IMG/VR virus record: IMGVR_UViG_3300028840_008160
Coordinates: 124,001 to 188,000 of that record
Reading direction: 5' to 3' (one strand)
DNA: 64,000 nucleotides
In this document: positions 21,139 through 30,443 of the stretch, piece after piece
How the letters are laid out: every line of letters begins with the position of its first letter
Numbering within the stretch: the first letter of the stretch is position 1
Notes under the pieces: model-generated
The model's input: only the letters and a program-made list of their open reading frames with translations
Database searches by the model: none
Told to the model about the DNA's origin: nothing
Position numbers and translations under genes: made by a program

Positions 21139-21203
21139 GTTTCTAACTCAAAGCAAAACGAAATTCAAAGCTCCACTGATCTAACGGTCGGTGGGGCTTT
21201 TTT
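21118..21203 (+). terminator. Attenuator 1 antiterminator/terminator
   Basis: 21118-21133 pairs with 21166-21181, which otherwise forms terminator 21167-21203. Confidence 0.8.
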
Positions 21204-21230
21204 AATGGGAGAATGTTAATGAAAATCAAT

Positions 21231-21306
21231 GCTGCTTTAGCTCAGTCGGTAGAGCAAGGGACTGAAAATCCCTGTGTCCGCAGTTCAATTCTGCGAGGCG
21301 GTACCA
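21231..21306 (+). tRNA. tRNA-Phe(GAA)
   Basis: Cloverleaf; aggga-ctGAAaa-tccct; CCA. Confidence 0.95.
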
Positions 21307-21314
21307 TTTTTCAT

Positions 21315-21390
21315 GCCGTTGTAACTCAGTTGGTAGAGTGCTGGACCGAAAATCCAGTGGTCGGCGGTTCAAATCCGCCCGGCGGCACCA
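21315..21390 (+). tRNA. tRNA-Phe(GAA), C33 variant
   Basis: ctgga-ccGAAaa-tccag; CCA. Confidence 0.88.
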
Positions 21391-21613
21391 AAAGGAAACA
21401 AAATGAATGACAAACGAGTTCAGAGATTGATTGATGAACAAATTTGCTGTTCATTTGCTGAAGCGCGCAGATTAGTTGCCGCTATATCAGATGATTGTTT
21501 TGATTCATTTGTCGAAAGGCAAAAACGAAAAAGAGTAACATGGGTCGCAAGCCAATTCGTAAACCGACCCTTTTGTGGCCAAAGGAGGTAATTACTGGTA
21601 CGTAGCTATTTAC

Positions 21614-21701
21614 TGACGAGTAGCCTAGCGGCAAGGCAGTTGGCTGTTAACCAACCGTGACGCAAGTCCAATCGGGGGTTCGAATCCCTCCTCGTCAGCC
21701 A
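21614..21701 (+). tRNA. tRNA-Asn(GTT) with long variable arm
   Basis: gttgg-ctGTTaa-ccaac; 18-nt variable region; CCA. Confidence 0.85.
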
Positions 21702-21720
21702 AGTTCTTTGACATTTTTAC

Positions 21721-21995
21721 TGGCGTGTAGCTCAGTTGGCAGAGCAGTTGGCTGAATTTCGGCCCACTACATAGTAATATGTAGTTGCAAACTCTTTAAA
21801 TTCAGGGAAAGCTAAGTCATTTGTGATATGCTAATCCTGAGCGAAGCTCGAAAGAGAACGTGCAGAGACTATAATAGGAGCATCCAATTTTAGGATGATG
21901 GGATAGTCCAGACTACAAACAGTTTATACTGGCAGTGAAAACTGTAGTTAGTATGGTTAACCAACATGTCGTAGGTTCGAACCCTACCACGCCAG
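21721..21995 (+). tRNA. tRNA-Asn(GTT) split by group I intron
   Basis: Exons 21721-21753 and 21956-21995 rejoin to gttgg-ctGTTaa-ccaac. Confidence 0.9.
21754..21955 (+). mobile_element. Group I intron in tRNA-Asn anticodon loop (no ORF)
   Basis: P1 with U.G at splice site; AAATTCAGGGAA, AATCCTGAGC, GCAGAGACTA, GATAGTCC core elements; terminal G. Confidence 0.9.
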
Positions 21996-22063
21996 CTTTC
22001 TTTTCTCTTTGTCTGACACAAAACGGTGGATAAAGATAGCTAACGAATTTGTTGGACAATAAA

Positions 22064-22150
22064 GGAGGATTAGCGTAACCAGGTAACGCAGCAGATTGCT
22101 AATCTGTGAACTGAAAGGTTTTGGGGGTTCAAATCCCTCATCCTCCGCCA
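22064..22150 (+). tRNA. tRNA-Ser(GCT)
   Basis: gcaga-ttGCTaa-tctgt; long variable arm; CCA. Confidence 0.92.
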
Positions 22151-22443
22151 TGAAAATAAGGAGTAATTATGCATAAGGAGTTTCTTTATCACATGTTTAT
22201 GCGGAAAAGTATTTCAATTAACTCAGATTCAATTTGATGATTTTGATTGTGGGATGATGGGTTATTTGAAATGTCAATGTGGTAATGTGATTATGCCTCA
22301 TTGTGAAAGTCGCAAAGTTCAAATCAACGTAATTGATGTTGAAGGAGAAGATAATGGTTGGGCTTGATTAGAACTTAAATGAAATTCTACTTTTATCATA
22401 TAATAAAACAAAAAATAGTTTCACATTTTAACGGAAGGATTAT

Positions 22444-22836
22444 ATGATGAAAGTAGAAATCAAAAAACTTGGCGAAGAAGTTATTTGTGATGCTTTAGTT
22501 CAAGTTGATTATCTCAATAATCCGGATAAATTAAAAGAAGTTTGTTTAAGTTCGTTGAAAAAAGGTGATTGTCAAATTGTATCAGATCAAGCAGCTATTT
22601 TTCATCAATTTTCAGATGACAAAGATGGTCACGGAGATGGAGTAACAGGGTTGATCGTTATTAAAGAATCTCATTTTCATATAAGTACATGGCCAGAAGA
22701 ACAATATATACAGATTAACGTTAATACTTGTGGTCATATTGCTAAACCGTTAATTGCATTAAACTGGTTATTGTTTGAAATGAGAGTTGTAAAAAGTACA
22801 TTACAAGTGATTGAACGAGGAGTGTTGTTGAAGTGA
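22444..22836 (+). CDS. speD: S-adenosylmethionine decarboxylase proenzyme
   Basis: GVTG...ESH...TWPE...TCG signature. Confidence 0.88.
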   Translation: MMKVEIKKLGEEVICDALVQVDYLNNPDKLKEVCLSSLKKGDCQIVSDQAAIFHQFSDDKDGHGDGVTGLIVIKESHFHISTWPEEQYIQINVNTCGHIAKPLIALNWLLFEMRVVKSTLQVIERGVLLK

Positions 22837-22911
22837 AAAAGAAGAAAAAGACAAAAAGACAACCTTGTAATAGAGATTGTGCTAATTGTAATAAAATTCT
22901 TTGTTAAGATT

Positions 22912-23598
22912 ATGTCAAATTATACTGGACAATTTGCTGGACAAGGTCATATCTGGAAGAGAGGAAAAACTGACATTGAATTATTTGGGCCAGAGAAAGC
23001 AAAATTAATTGGTAAAAAAATATCTAAAGCGTTAAAAGGTAAAAGTACTGGTATAGCTAAGAATGCTGACGCAGAACTGTTGCGACGAAAGCGTATTTCA
23101 GATGGCATGAAAAAAGCACATCGTGAAGGTCGTGCTAATAAATGGAAAAGAACAAATTCGTTTGCAGAACAAATGTTTGAAGCTTTTTTGATTAAGAAGA
23201 ATTATAAAAAAGGTGTTGATTTTGTACGAGAAAAAAGGTTTGGATTGTTTTCAGTTGATTTTTTCTTTCCAGAAAAAAATTTAGCAATCGAAATAGATGG
23301 ACAAGCACATTTTAGATATGAACATTTGAAACAACGTGATAAAGTAAAAGATAATTTTTTAAATAGTAAAGGCATAATTGTTTTACGAATTATTTGGAAA
23401 GTATTGTTTCATCATGCTAAAATTACATTTAATCAAATTGAAAAATTGATAATTCAAAATGATAGAATTGCAATTGAAAAATTTATGCTTGATCAATTTG
23501 ATAAATTGTTAATGATGAAAAATGATAAGCATAAATATACAAAAGTAATGAAAGACGGTGTAGCAGAGTTGGTTTCATGCTCTAGACTGCAAATCTAG
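22912..23598 (+). CDS. DUF559/Vsr-like endonuclease (homing-type)
   Basis: VDFF...LAIEIDG..H...RD..KD.FL..KG..VLRI; 3' end runs into tRNA-Cys. Confidence 0.75.
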   Translation: MSNYTGQFAGQGHIWKRGKTDIELFGPEKAKLIGKKISKALKGKSTGIAKNADAELLRRKRISDGMKKAHREGRANKWKRTNSFAEQMFEAFLIKKNYKKGVDFVREKRFGLFSVDFFFPEKNLAIEIDGQAHFRYEHLKQRDKVKDNFLNSKGIIVLRIIWKVLFHHAKITFNQIEKLIIQNDRIAIEKFMLDQFDKLLMMKNDKHKYTKVMKDGVAELVSCSRLQI

Positions 23599-23630
23599 GT
23601 ACGTGGGTTCAAATCCCACCACCGTCTCCA
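23554..23630 (+). tRNA. tRNA-Cys(GCA)
   Basis: ctaga-ctGCAaa-tctag; U73; CCA. Confidence 0.92.
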
Positions 23631-23636
23631 AAATAT

Positions 23637-23923
23637 AGTTGCTCTGGGCTTACGCGCTTAATGAAAGTTGGGTGAGGAAACTCGGGACACCACTGCTGAA
23701 GGTAGGAGATAGGCACCTTAAAAGACGGCTCAAACAATAATTAGTATGACTTTGATGGGTATGTCCAAGCCGAATGAAAGTCCATCAGCCTATCGTTTTT
23801 ACTACCGAGGGTGCAACTCCAAGCAGACCTAGAGGGTGAGCAGCTCGATGATGGTCGGGTCGGAGGCATTAGTCAGATGTAAGCCGCCCGAAAGGGTACA
23901 GAATCCCGGTTATAGGAGCAACT
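23637..23923 (+). ncRNA. rnpB: RNase P RNA (compact, divergent)
   Basis: GAGGAAACTCGGGAC (CR-I-like) and ACAGAATCCCGGTTA (CR-V-like) form P4; P1 AGTTGCTCT/GGAGCAACT. Confidence 0.8.
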
Positions 23924-23948
23924 TTTTCTTTTGAAGGAGTTTATAAAT

Positions 23949-24034
23949 GGGTGAGTAGCTCAGTTGGTCAGAGCGCCGGGCCGTTAACCCGGAGGCCCAT
24001 TGGGATTTCGTGGGTTCGAATCCCACCTTGCCCT
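23949..24034 (+). tRNA. tRNA-Asn(GTT)-like, C33 and long variable arm
   Basis: ccggg-ccGTTaa-cccgg; 17-nt variable region. Confidence 0.75.
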
Positions 24035-24066
24035 CTTTCTACGCAAATAGATATGATTACTATAAC

Positions 24067-26496
24067 ATGTTAGAGATTATAGGGAAACATTCAACTGCTA
24101 AAATAATGGTTGACGAAGTTGAAGATTCGTGCATGACACAAATCAAAAATTTCGTTGATCATCCTGCATTTACTAATCCAATCGCAATCATGCCAGATAC
24201 ACATGCCGGTATCGGATCTGTTATTGGGTTCACTATGAGGTTGACTAATAAAGTAATACCAAATGTTATTGGCGTTGACATTGGTTGTTTTATTAAGTCG
24301 ACAAAAGTTTCTTTAGCTGATGGTCGTGAGTTAACATTTGAACAATTGATCGAAGAACATGACAAAGGTTTGAGAAATTTTTGTTTTTCAAAAGATGACA
24401 AAGGCAATATTGTTATTGAAGAGATTTTTAGTCCTAGAAAAACAAGAACCGTGACTGAGTTAATTGAGATTACATTAGATAATGATGAAGTGATTACGTG
24501 TACTGTTGATCATATTTTTTATGATATTAATTGTCAAGAGGTTAAAGTTAGTGATATTAATAAAGGACAATCGCTTTATCCTTTATATATTGAAAAATCT
24601 GGAACAGTTCAAGATGAATTGTCAAAAATTAGTAAGAAGTTCAAATTACGCGATTATTTAGTCGTGTACAATCCCAAAACATATAAGTATGATTATATTC
24701 ATATTTTAGCTGATGATTATAATTTACGACATCATGTTTATGAAAAATCAAAATCAATTAGACATCACATTGATTTTGATAAACACAACAATAATCCGAC
24801 AAATATTACAAGAATGCAATGGAAAGATCATTTTGTTTTGCATTCAAAACATGCGAAGCAGCAAAATATTAAAGGGAAATCTGGTTGGTCAGCTGCTTGG
24901 AGAAAAAATAAAGATCGTTTTTCTGAGATGTCATCTAAAAAAATGAAAAAATTGCATGAAGATGCTTTGTTTAAAGAAAGATTGAAAATTAGAGCTAAAA
25001 CAAATAGAAAAAAATATCTAGAATCAGATGCTTTTTATGAAATGACTAGAGATGCAGGTAATAGAGGAAAAAAATATCTTGTTGCATATTCAAAATCAGA
25101 AAAAGGTAGGAACAAATCATCTGAGATTGGCAGGAATGTAGTAAATCAAAAATATCGTTGTTCTATTTGTAATAAGACAATAAAAAGTGCACGGGCATGC
25201 CCTAATCATTTTAACAGAAAAGATCATAAGCAATGTAATTTGAATATGTCTGATATGATATTGTTAAAAAATCACACAGTAAAAAGTATAAAGCGAATTA
25301 GTTGCGAGCCAACAGATGTGTATTGTTTTACGACTAGATTTAGTAATTTTGCATTAGCATCAGGTGTGTTCGTTCATAATTGTGGCATGTTGTCTATTAA
25401 CATTGGTAAAACTTTGCCGATATCGTTAGAGGATTTTGATACAAAAATTCGTCAGAGAATTCCGTTTGGGCAAGAAGTGCATGATGAAGCAGTTATTCGT
25501 ATGGATACGGACTTTCCATGGAAAATTGCAATAAGTAAAGCTGAAGCATTTGCTGCAGCGTTTCGCGAATCTTATAGAGATATCAGTGTTCCAAGATATT
25601 GTATGGACTGGTTTCTTGAAAAATGTGATACTATTGGTGGTGGAGCAAGACGAGTAATTAATTCATTAGGAACACTTGGCGGAGGAAATCATTTTATCGA
25701 AACTGGTGTTTCAACAACAGGTGGTGATTACTGGATTACTATACATTCTGGGTCAAGGAATTTTGGATTAAAAGTTTGTAATTACTGGCAAAGTATTGCA
25801 GCTAAGTCTTTCAAAAAAGAAAGAACTGGAAAGATTCAAGAGCAAATAGAAGAAGCAAAACGTACTCTTGAAGGAAAAGAGTTGTACGATAGAATTAAAG
25901 AAATTAAACGGTCAACATCAACAAGAGGTATTGACATAACACATCTTGAATGGTTGGAAAATGAAGTCGCTGATGGTTATTTATTTGATATGATATTTGC
26001 TCAATTGTATGCTAGTGTTAATAGATCATATATGGCTAAGTTGATTTGTGATGTACTTGGAGTAGAAATACAAGATTCGATTGAGTCTATTCATAACTTT
26101 ATAGATTTTAATGACTTCATCATTAGAAAAGGTGCTATTAGTTCGTATATTGGTGAACCAATGATTATACCATTTAATATGCGTGATGGTATACTTATTT
26201 GTGAAGGAAAATCGAACAAAGAATGGAATTATTCTGCGCCTCATGGTGCAGGCAGATTGATGAGCAGAACTCAAGCAAATAAACGAATTGATTTAGACAC
26301 ATTTAAGAGTCAAATGAACGGGATTTTTTCTACATCAGTGTGCAAGTCGACATTGGATGAAGCACCGGATGCTTATAAGAGTTCTACAATGATAGAGCAG
26401 GCTATTGAACCAACAGCTGCGATTTTAAACAGGATAAAACCAATTCATAATATGAAAGATTCAAGTGAGTTTCAATTTAGAAGAAAGAAGCAATAA
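24067..26496 (+). CDS. rtcB: RtcB RNA ligase containing an intein
   Basis: MPDTHAG, GVDIG|CG, GTLGGGNHF, HSGSR, HGAGR, DEAP.AYK; ATG 24067. Confidence 0.93.
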   Translation: MLEIIGKHSTAKIMVDEVEDSCMTQIKNFVDHPAFTNPIAIMPDTHAGIGSVIGFTMRLTNKVIPNVIGVDIGCFIKSTKVSLADGRELTFEQLIEEHDKGLRNFCFSKDDKGNIVIEEIFSPRKTRTVTELIEITLDNDEVITCTVDHIFYDINCQEVKVSDINKGQSLYPLYIEKSGTVQDELSKISKKFKLRDYLVVYNPKTYKYDYIHILADDYNLRHHVYEKSKSIRHHIDFDKHNNNPTNITRMQWKDHFVLHSKHAKQQNIKGKSGWSAAWRKNKDRFSEMSSKKMKKLHEDALFKERLKIRAKTNRKKYLESDAFYEMTRDAGNRGKKYLVAYSKSEKGRNKSSEIGRNVVNQKYRCSICNKTIKSARACPNHFNRKDHKQCNLNMSDMILLKNHTVKSIKRISCEPTDVYCFTTRFSNFALASGVFVHNCGMLSINIGKTLPISLEDFDTKIRQRIPFGQEVHDEAVIRMDTDFPWKIAISKAEAFAAAFRESYRDISVPRYCMDWFLEKCDTIGGGARRVINSLGTLGGGNHFIETGVSTTGGDYWITIHSGSRNFGLKVCNYWQSIAAKSFKKERTGKIQEQIEEAKRTLEGKELYDRIKEIKRSTSTRGIDITHLEWLENEVADGYLFDMIFAQLYASVNRSYMAKLICDVLGVEIQDSIESIHNFIDFNDFIIRKGAISSYIGEPMIIPFNMRDGILICEGKSNKEWNYSAPHGAGRLMSRTQANKRIDLDTFKSQMNGIFSTSVCKSTLDEAPDAYKSSTMIEQAIEPTAAILNRIKPIHNMKDSSEFQFRRKKQ
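24286..25380 (+). mobile_element. Intein with HNH endonuclease domain in RtcB
   Basis: Starts CFIKSTKV, ends GVFVHN before Cys+1; internal HHIDFDKHNNNPTNI. Confidence 0.9.
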
Positions 26497-26597
26497 TGTT
26501 GTAGAGTAATTTCAAACCACCATAGGTTTTCAAGCCTCCTTAACGTTACATTTCTTTTGAATTGTTGATTTTTTCATTAACTCAAAAGGAGTGTAAC

Positions 26598-26906
26598 ATG
26601 TCTAAGTTTATAGAACTCAAAAATATTCTCAAGAATCTTGCTAATGAGATCAAAGCTGCAAAAATTGAGCTTAAAGATTATCAGCGCGAACATGGTGGCG
26701 ATAGCGGTAGTCATTTATTCAACGTATATAAGCTTAAGTACGAATTTCGACATAAGCATATTGCTTACAGTCAATTGAGAGGTCGGACGTATGAAGAAAT
26801 TGAAAAAAGCTGCAGTCGTGCTGGTGAACCTAATTTTGAACTCATTAAAGGGATTATGGCAGAATATGGAACCAAAACCACTGAAGATGTACGTGCTTGT
26901 GCGTGA
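26598..26906 (+). CDS. Hypothetical protein (RHKHIAY..LRG motif)
   Basis: SD AAGGAG, ATG 26598. Confidence 0.65.
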   Translation: MSKFIELKNILKNLANEIKAAKIELKDYQREHGGDSGSHLFNVYKLKYEFRHKHIAYSQLRGRTYEEIEKSCSRAGEPNFELIKGIMAEYGTKTTEDVRACA

Positions 26907-27177
26907 CGACTTAAGCACGGTATATAAGTGTGTTCAAGGATTACATGCTGCCATAGAGTATTATGAAACAGGAAATGATACTGATTGGCACAATGACACA
27001 GTTGTTACTTTGGCTGTGCCGAATGAGCGGCGGCTTAGAGAATGGGCATGGATGTTACAATATAAACATAAGAAAAAGTTTGTACCATTCTTTGAACCTG
27101 ATCTTCACGGTCAAATGACGTCAATTGCGTGCATTGACACCGGTGAAGTATTTCGAAAGTTGCCGTTAGCTAAATGA
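26866..27177 (+). CDS. Peptidyl-tRNA hydrolase Pth2-like protein
   Basis: MYVLVRDDL...VQGLHA...VVTL...FFEPDL...TSIA. Confidence 0.7.
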   Translation: MEPKPLKMYVLVRDDLSTVYKCVQGLHAAIEYYETGNDTDWHNDTVVTLAVPNERRLREWAWMLQYKHKKKFVPFFEPDLHGQMTSIACIDTGEVFRKLPLAK

Positions 27178-27449
27178 ACTGTGTAATCTGCGAACGCGAG
27201 GTACCGGGTGAACGGTTTCTTGAAAAGCATCATTTGATTCCAAAATGTGGCAAGGGAAAAGACACTGTAAAAGTATGTGTTGATTGCGGTGATCAGATTC
27301 ATGTATTATTTACTGAAAAGGAACTACGAGACATATACAATACAGTTGAAAAGTTGAAATCAAATGAGCGAATGCAGAAGTGGATTAGATGGATTCAAAA
27401 AAGACCAACATTTGGTACTGTTTGTATGAAAAGAAAAAAGCGCCTATAG
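27174..27449 (+). CDS. Small HNH-family protein
   Basis: CVIC, HHLIPK, CVDC. Confidence 0.7.
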   Translation: MNCVICEREVPGERFLEKHHLIPKCGKGKDTVKVCVDCGDQIHVLFTEKELRDIYNTVEKLKSNERMQKWIRWIQKRPTFGTVCMKRKKRL

Positions 27450-27511
27450 TTCAGTGGTAGAACAACGGTCCCTAAAACCGTGTGTCGTGGGTTCAAATCC
27501 CTCTGGGCGCA
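27440..27511 (+). tRNA. Amber-suppressor-like tRNA (CTA)
   Basis: acggt-ccCTAaa-accgt; cloverleaf with one T-stem mismatch. Confidence 0.7.
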
Positions 27512-27520
27512 TAAAATTGA

Positions 27521-27547
27521 AGAGGAGTAAATAACTCCTCTTTTTTT
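27521..27547 (+). terminator. Intrinsic terminator ending tRNA operon 1
   Basis: AGAGGAGT-aaata-ACTCCTCT then T-run. Confidence 0.8.
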
Positions 27548-27561
27548 GTGTAGAAATACAT

Positions 27562-28260
27562 ATGAAACCAACTAATGAAGATCTTGAATGGACTAATACA
27601 ATTGAGAGTATTGATGTAGATGCTTACATTGAAGAGCCAAGTAGAAGAGATTATGATCAATATTACGACGAATTTAAGTCGGCAGGATTGACGCGTGATT
27701 TATTTGATCGCATGTACCCATTATTATATCAATCTGTGTGGAGTACATTCGCTTTATTTAAACTTGCTAAATCTGTAAAACGATCAGGGATAATTGCAGA
27801 GATTGGATCAGCTAAAGGTGGCAGTTTAATTACAATGTTTTTAGCTAATCCAACATGCGTTTATTATTGTATTGACCCGTTTGAACCATATAATGCTATA
27901 TCTTTGGATTCTATACAAGAAAATCGTGTGTTTAGCAATTTTTTAGCTGCGTCATATGAAACATTTTTGAAAAATATTGAGCCATTTAGTGTTAATAAAA
28001 TTATTGTAAAATTAAAATCAGATGAGGCTATAACGCAATTACAAAACATTAAGTTTGACATGATTTTTATAGATGGTTGTCACGAATATGAATATGTAAA
28101 ACGCGATATTCAAAATTATAAATTGTTACTTAATGATAACGGCATTTTATGCGGACATGATTTTCATCCTAGATTTAATGGTGTAATTAAAGCAGTTAAA
28201 GAATGCATTGATGGTTATTTTGTTATTCAAAGATCGTCTATATGGGTTACATTATATTAG
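27562..28260 (+). CDS. Class I SAM methyltransferase (Methyltransf_24-like)
   Basis: EIGSAKGGS, IFIDGCHEY, GILCGHDF. Confidence 0.82.
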   Translation: MKPTNEDLEWTNTIESIDVDAYIEEPSRRDYDQYYDEFKSAGLTRDLFDRMYPLLYQSVWSTFALFKLAKSVKRSGIIAEIGSAKGGSLITMFLANPTCVYYCIDPFEPYNAISLDSIQENRVFSNFLAASYETFLKNIEPFSVNKIIVKLKSDEAITQLQNIKFDMIFIDGCHEYEYVKRDIQNYKLLLNDNGILCGHDFHPRFNGVIKAVKECIDGYFVIQRSSIWVTLY

Positions 28261-28316
28261 TTTTTATAATTCAATAATTACTCTAGGAAACATATAAATT
28301 AATCAGAGGAGGAATA

Positions 28317-28643
28317 ATGGCAATTCAAAAAACTGTTACATTAGCTAATGATGTCGTGTTGACAGATGCTTATCACAGAATTGAGAGTATACACTATTCC
28401 AATTCAGAAAGTGCAACAAAAATTCGATTAGAAATATTTAAAGATGCTTCTGCATCGGCTGCAGCAAAGCCTGCAGTTGACGCAGTTGATATTGCAGTTA
28501 TTGATGCTTCATTTGAAACTTATTTTGGTATTACTGTGCTAGACGAAGTTAATAAAAATGTGGTGAAACAAGCTTACGAATATATTAAAACTCTGACAGA
28601 TGTTAATGGTTGGGATTATACTACGGGCACGTCTGACGTGTAA
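28317..28643 (+). CDS. Hypothetical phage protein
   Basis: Strong SD GAGGAGG; followed by a hairpin and T-run. Confidence 0.65.
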   Translation: MAIQKTVTLANDVVLTDAYHRIESIHYSNSESATKIRLEIFKDASASAAAKPAVDAVDIAVIDASFETYFGITVLDEVNKNVVKQAYEYIKTLTDVNGWDYTTGTSDV

Positions 28644-28728
28644 GTTTGATAAGAAGAATTTCCTGAGAAGAAAGCTGCAAGATCACAAATTGCAGCTTTT
28701 CTTTTGTTTTCAAGATGATTAACAAACT

Positions 28729-29028
28729 ATGGCGAAGAAAAAAATAGAGAGCAGTTTTGATATAAATAAGCCATTAGATAGATTGTTCTTACGTATAATG
28801 CATATTTGCGATGCGACAAATCAGCCATTTGTTTTAGGATATTGTCAAACAACTGCCGAGTATTCATTAACTATTGGTAATGAATTAAATCAACAACATT
28901 TTAATGGTGACATTAAAGATATTGAATTACAATTGTCTACGACATTGCCATGGAAATATTGTGCAGAATGCAGTACACATTATTATGGTGGTCGATGCTC
29001 ATGTCAACGATTTTTATATTCTTCGTAA
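28729..29028 (+). CDS. Hypothetical protein
   Basis: ORF track; promoter-like motif ends 7 nt upstream. Confidence 0.55.
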   Translation: MAKKKIESSFDINKPLDRLFLRIMHICDATNQPFVLGYCQTTAEYSLTIGNELNQQHFNGDIKDIELQLSTTLPWKYCAECSTHYYGGRCSCQRFLYSS

Positions 29029-29181
29029 TCTAAGTTGATTACTTTTACATGACTATGTTAGTTTGTGAAATTTTAGTTCTTCGAAAATTGAATGACGGTG
29101 CATTGAAGCATCGTGTTTGGGATAAGAAAGCTATTTTAGCATACAAAATAAGTGATGAAGTAATTCTTAAGGAATATTCGA

Positions 29182-29787
29182 ATGAGAGCAGATAAATTGA
29201 TCAGAAAATTAGGCGAACGGTATGGCGATCGTGTCGTAATCAATTCTGAATATCATATTCAAGTCGATTCTGACAAAGGACTTCATGATATTTGGTTAAA
29301 TCGTCATGGTGAAATAAAGTTCAAACCAGCCGGCAATCGCAATATTATAGAGCATACTTCTGTTGAAATTATTTTCAAAACGATAGATTCTATGAAGAAA
29401 ACGCATGTTGAATCTATGCAAGAAATGCTTGACGTTGCGCAATTTATTGGTCAATGTGAACAACAAGCAGATAAAATTGGTAATGGTATATTTGCTGATG
29501 CAGGTTTTAAAGATGGCAAAGCTAGAATAGCTGCTGTTATGATGTTAAACGGTGACATTGAAGCTAAAGCGACAACAGTAAAAGCTGACAATATCATTCA
29601 CGCAGAACAAATAGCAATCGAGCTTGCTTTAGATTTGCAAAGAGAACATTCTGATATACTTACTGTTTATAATGACAATCAAACTGCTTGTAAGAACATG
29701 CAAAATAAAGGATATGATTGCGTCAAATGGTTATCAAGAAAATTTACAAAAGCAGCTGACAAGATAGGCAATATGAGGTCAGCGTGA
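29182..29787 (+). CDS. RNase H-like domain protein
   Basis: ADAG, AE..AI, YND, AAD acidic residues in the C-terminal half. Confidence 0.6.
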   Translation: MRADKLIRKLGERYGDRVVINSEYHIQVDSDKGLHDIWLNRHGEIKFKPAGNRNIIEHTSVEIIFKTIDSMKKTHVESMQEMLDVAQFIGQCEQQADKIGNGIFADAGFKDGKARIAAVMMLNGDIEAKATTVKADNIIHAEQIAIELALDLQREHSDILTVYNDNQTACKNMQNKGYDCVKWLSRKFTKAADKIGNMRSA

Positions 29788-30443
29788 GCGGTGTATTTTT
29801 ACTCAATAGAAACATTGATGTTTCATATCTTGATGATCTTCTTTTAAAAAATGAGCAGTTACAAGTTGTTGATGATTCTGTCTATCAAAATATTCCACAA
29901 GAACATTTAGCATTATGGTGTCATAACAAAGGTATATATGGATTGCCGACAACAGAATTAGTTGACTGGTTAAAATCACATATAGTCAAAGACAAGACAA
30001 TAGAAATAGGCGCAGGAAATGGAGCTCTTGGTAGAACATTAGGAATTCCAATAACTGATTCTTGTATGATGAACGATCCACTAATTGCATCGCTATATGC
30101 TCTTCAAGGTCAGCCTATAACATCATATCCAGACGATATTATTGAAATGGATGCTGTTAGTGCCGTGAAACATTTTAAACCATCAGTTGTTATTGGCAAT
30201 TGGGTAACACATAAATACCGTGAAGATGAACATTGGCGCGGCGGAAATGTATTTGGCATTGATGAAGATTTTATTCTTGATAATGTTAATAAATATATTG
30301 TGATTGGCAATTCTACTGTTCATATGAACAAACGAATTTTGGATAGAGATCATACAAAAGTGTCATTTTCATGGGTACGTAGTCGATCAATGAATTCATA
30401 TGCTAACATTATTTATATTTGGGATAAAAATTGTGAGTATTGA
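29784..30443 (+). CDS. SAM-binding-fold hypothetical protein
   Basis: IEIGAGNG motif. Confidence 0.55.
   Translation: MSGVFLLNRNIDVSYLDDLLLKNEQLQVVDDSVYQNIPQEHLALWCHNKGIYGLPTTELVDWLKSHIVKDKTIEIGAGNGALGRTLGIPITDSCMMNDPLIASLYALQGQPITSYPDDIIEMDAVSAVKHFKPSVVIGNWVTHKYREDEHWRGGNVFGIDEDFILDNVNKYIVIGNSTVHMNKRILDRDHTKVSFSWVRSRSMNSYANIIYIWDKNCEY

Noticed and set aside
21055-21203. T-box riboswitch interpretation of the four leaders
   Set aside because: No T-box UGGNACC bulge or stem I motifs seen; translated leaders with matching codons explain the structure better
21213-21441. Track ORFs overlapping tRNA genes (also 32053-32805, 47053-47307, 47685-47958, and the 5' extensions at 24010, 34925, 36313, 36844, 47948)
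   Set aside because: They are translations of GC-rich tRNA sequence; where a real gene exists a downstream ATG fits better
22169-22368. Cys-rich open frame after tRNA-Ser
   Set aside because: The SD-linked ATG is in a different, short frame; cannot support a gene call
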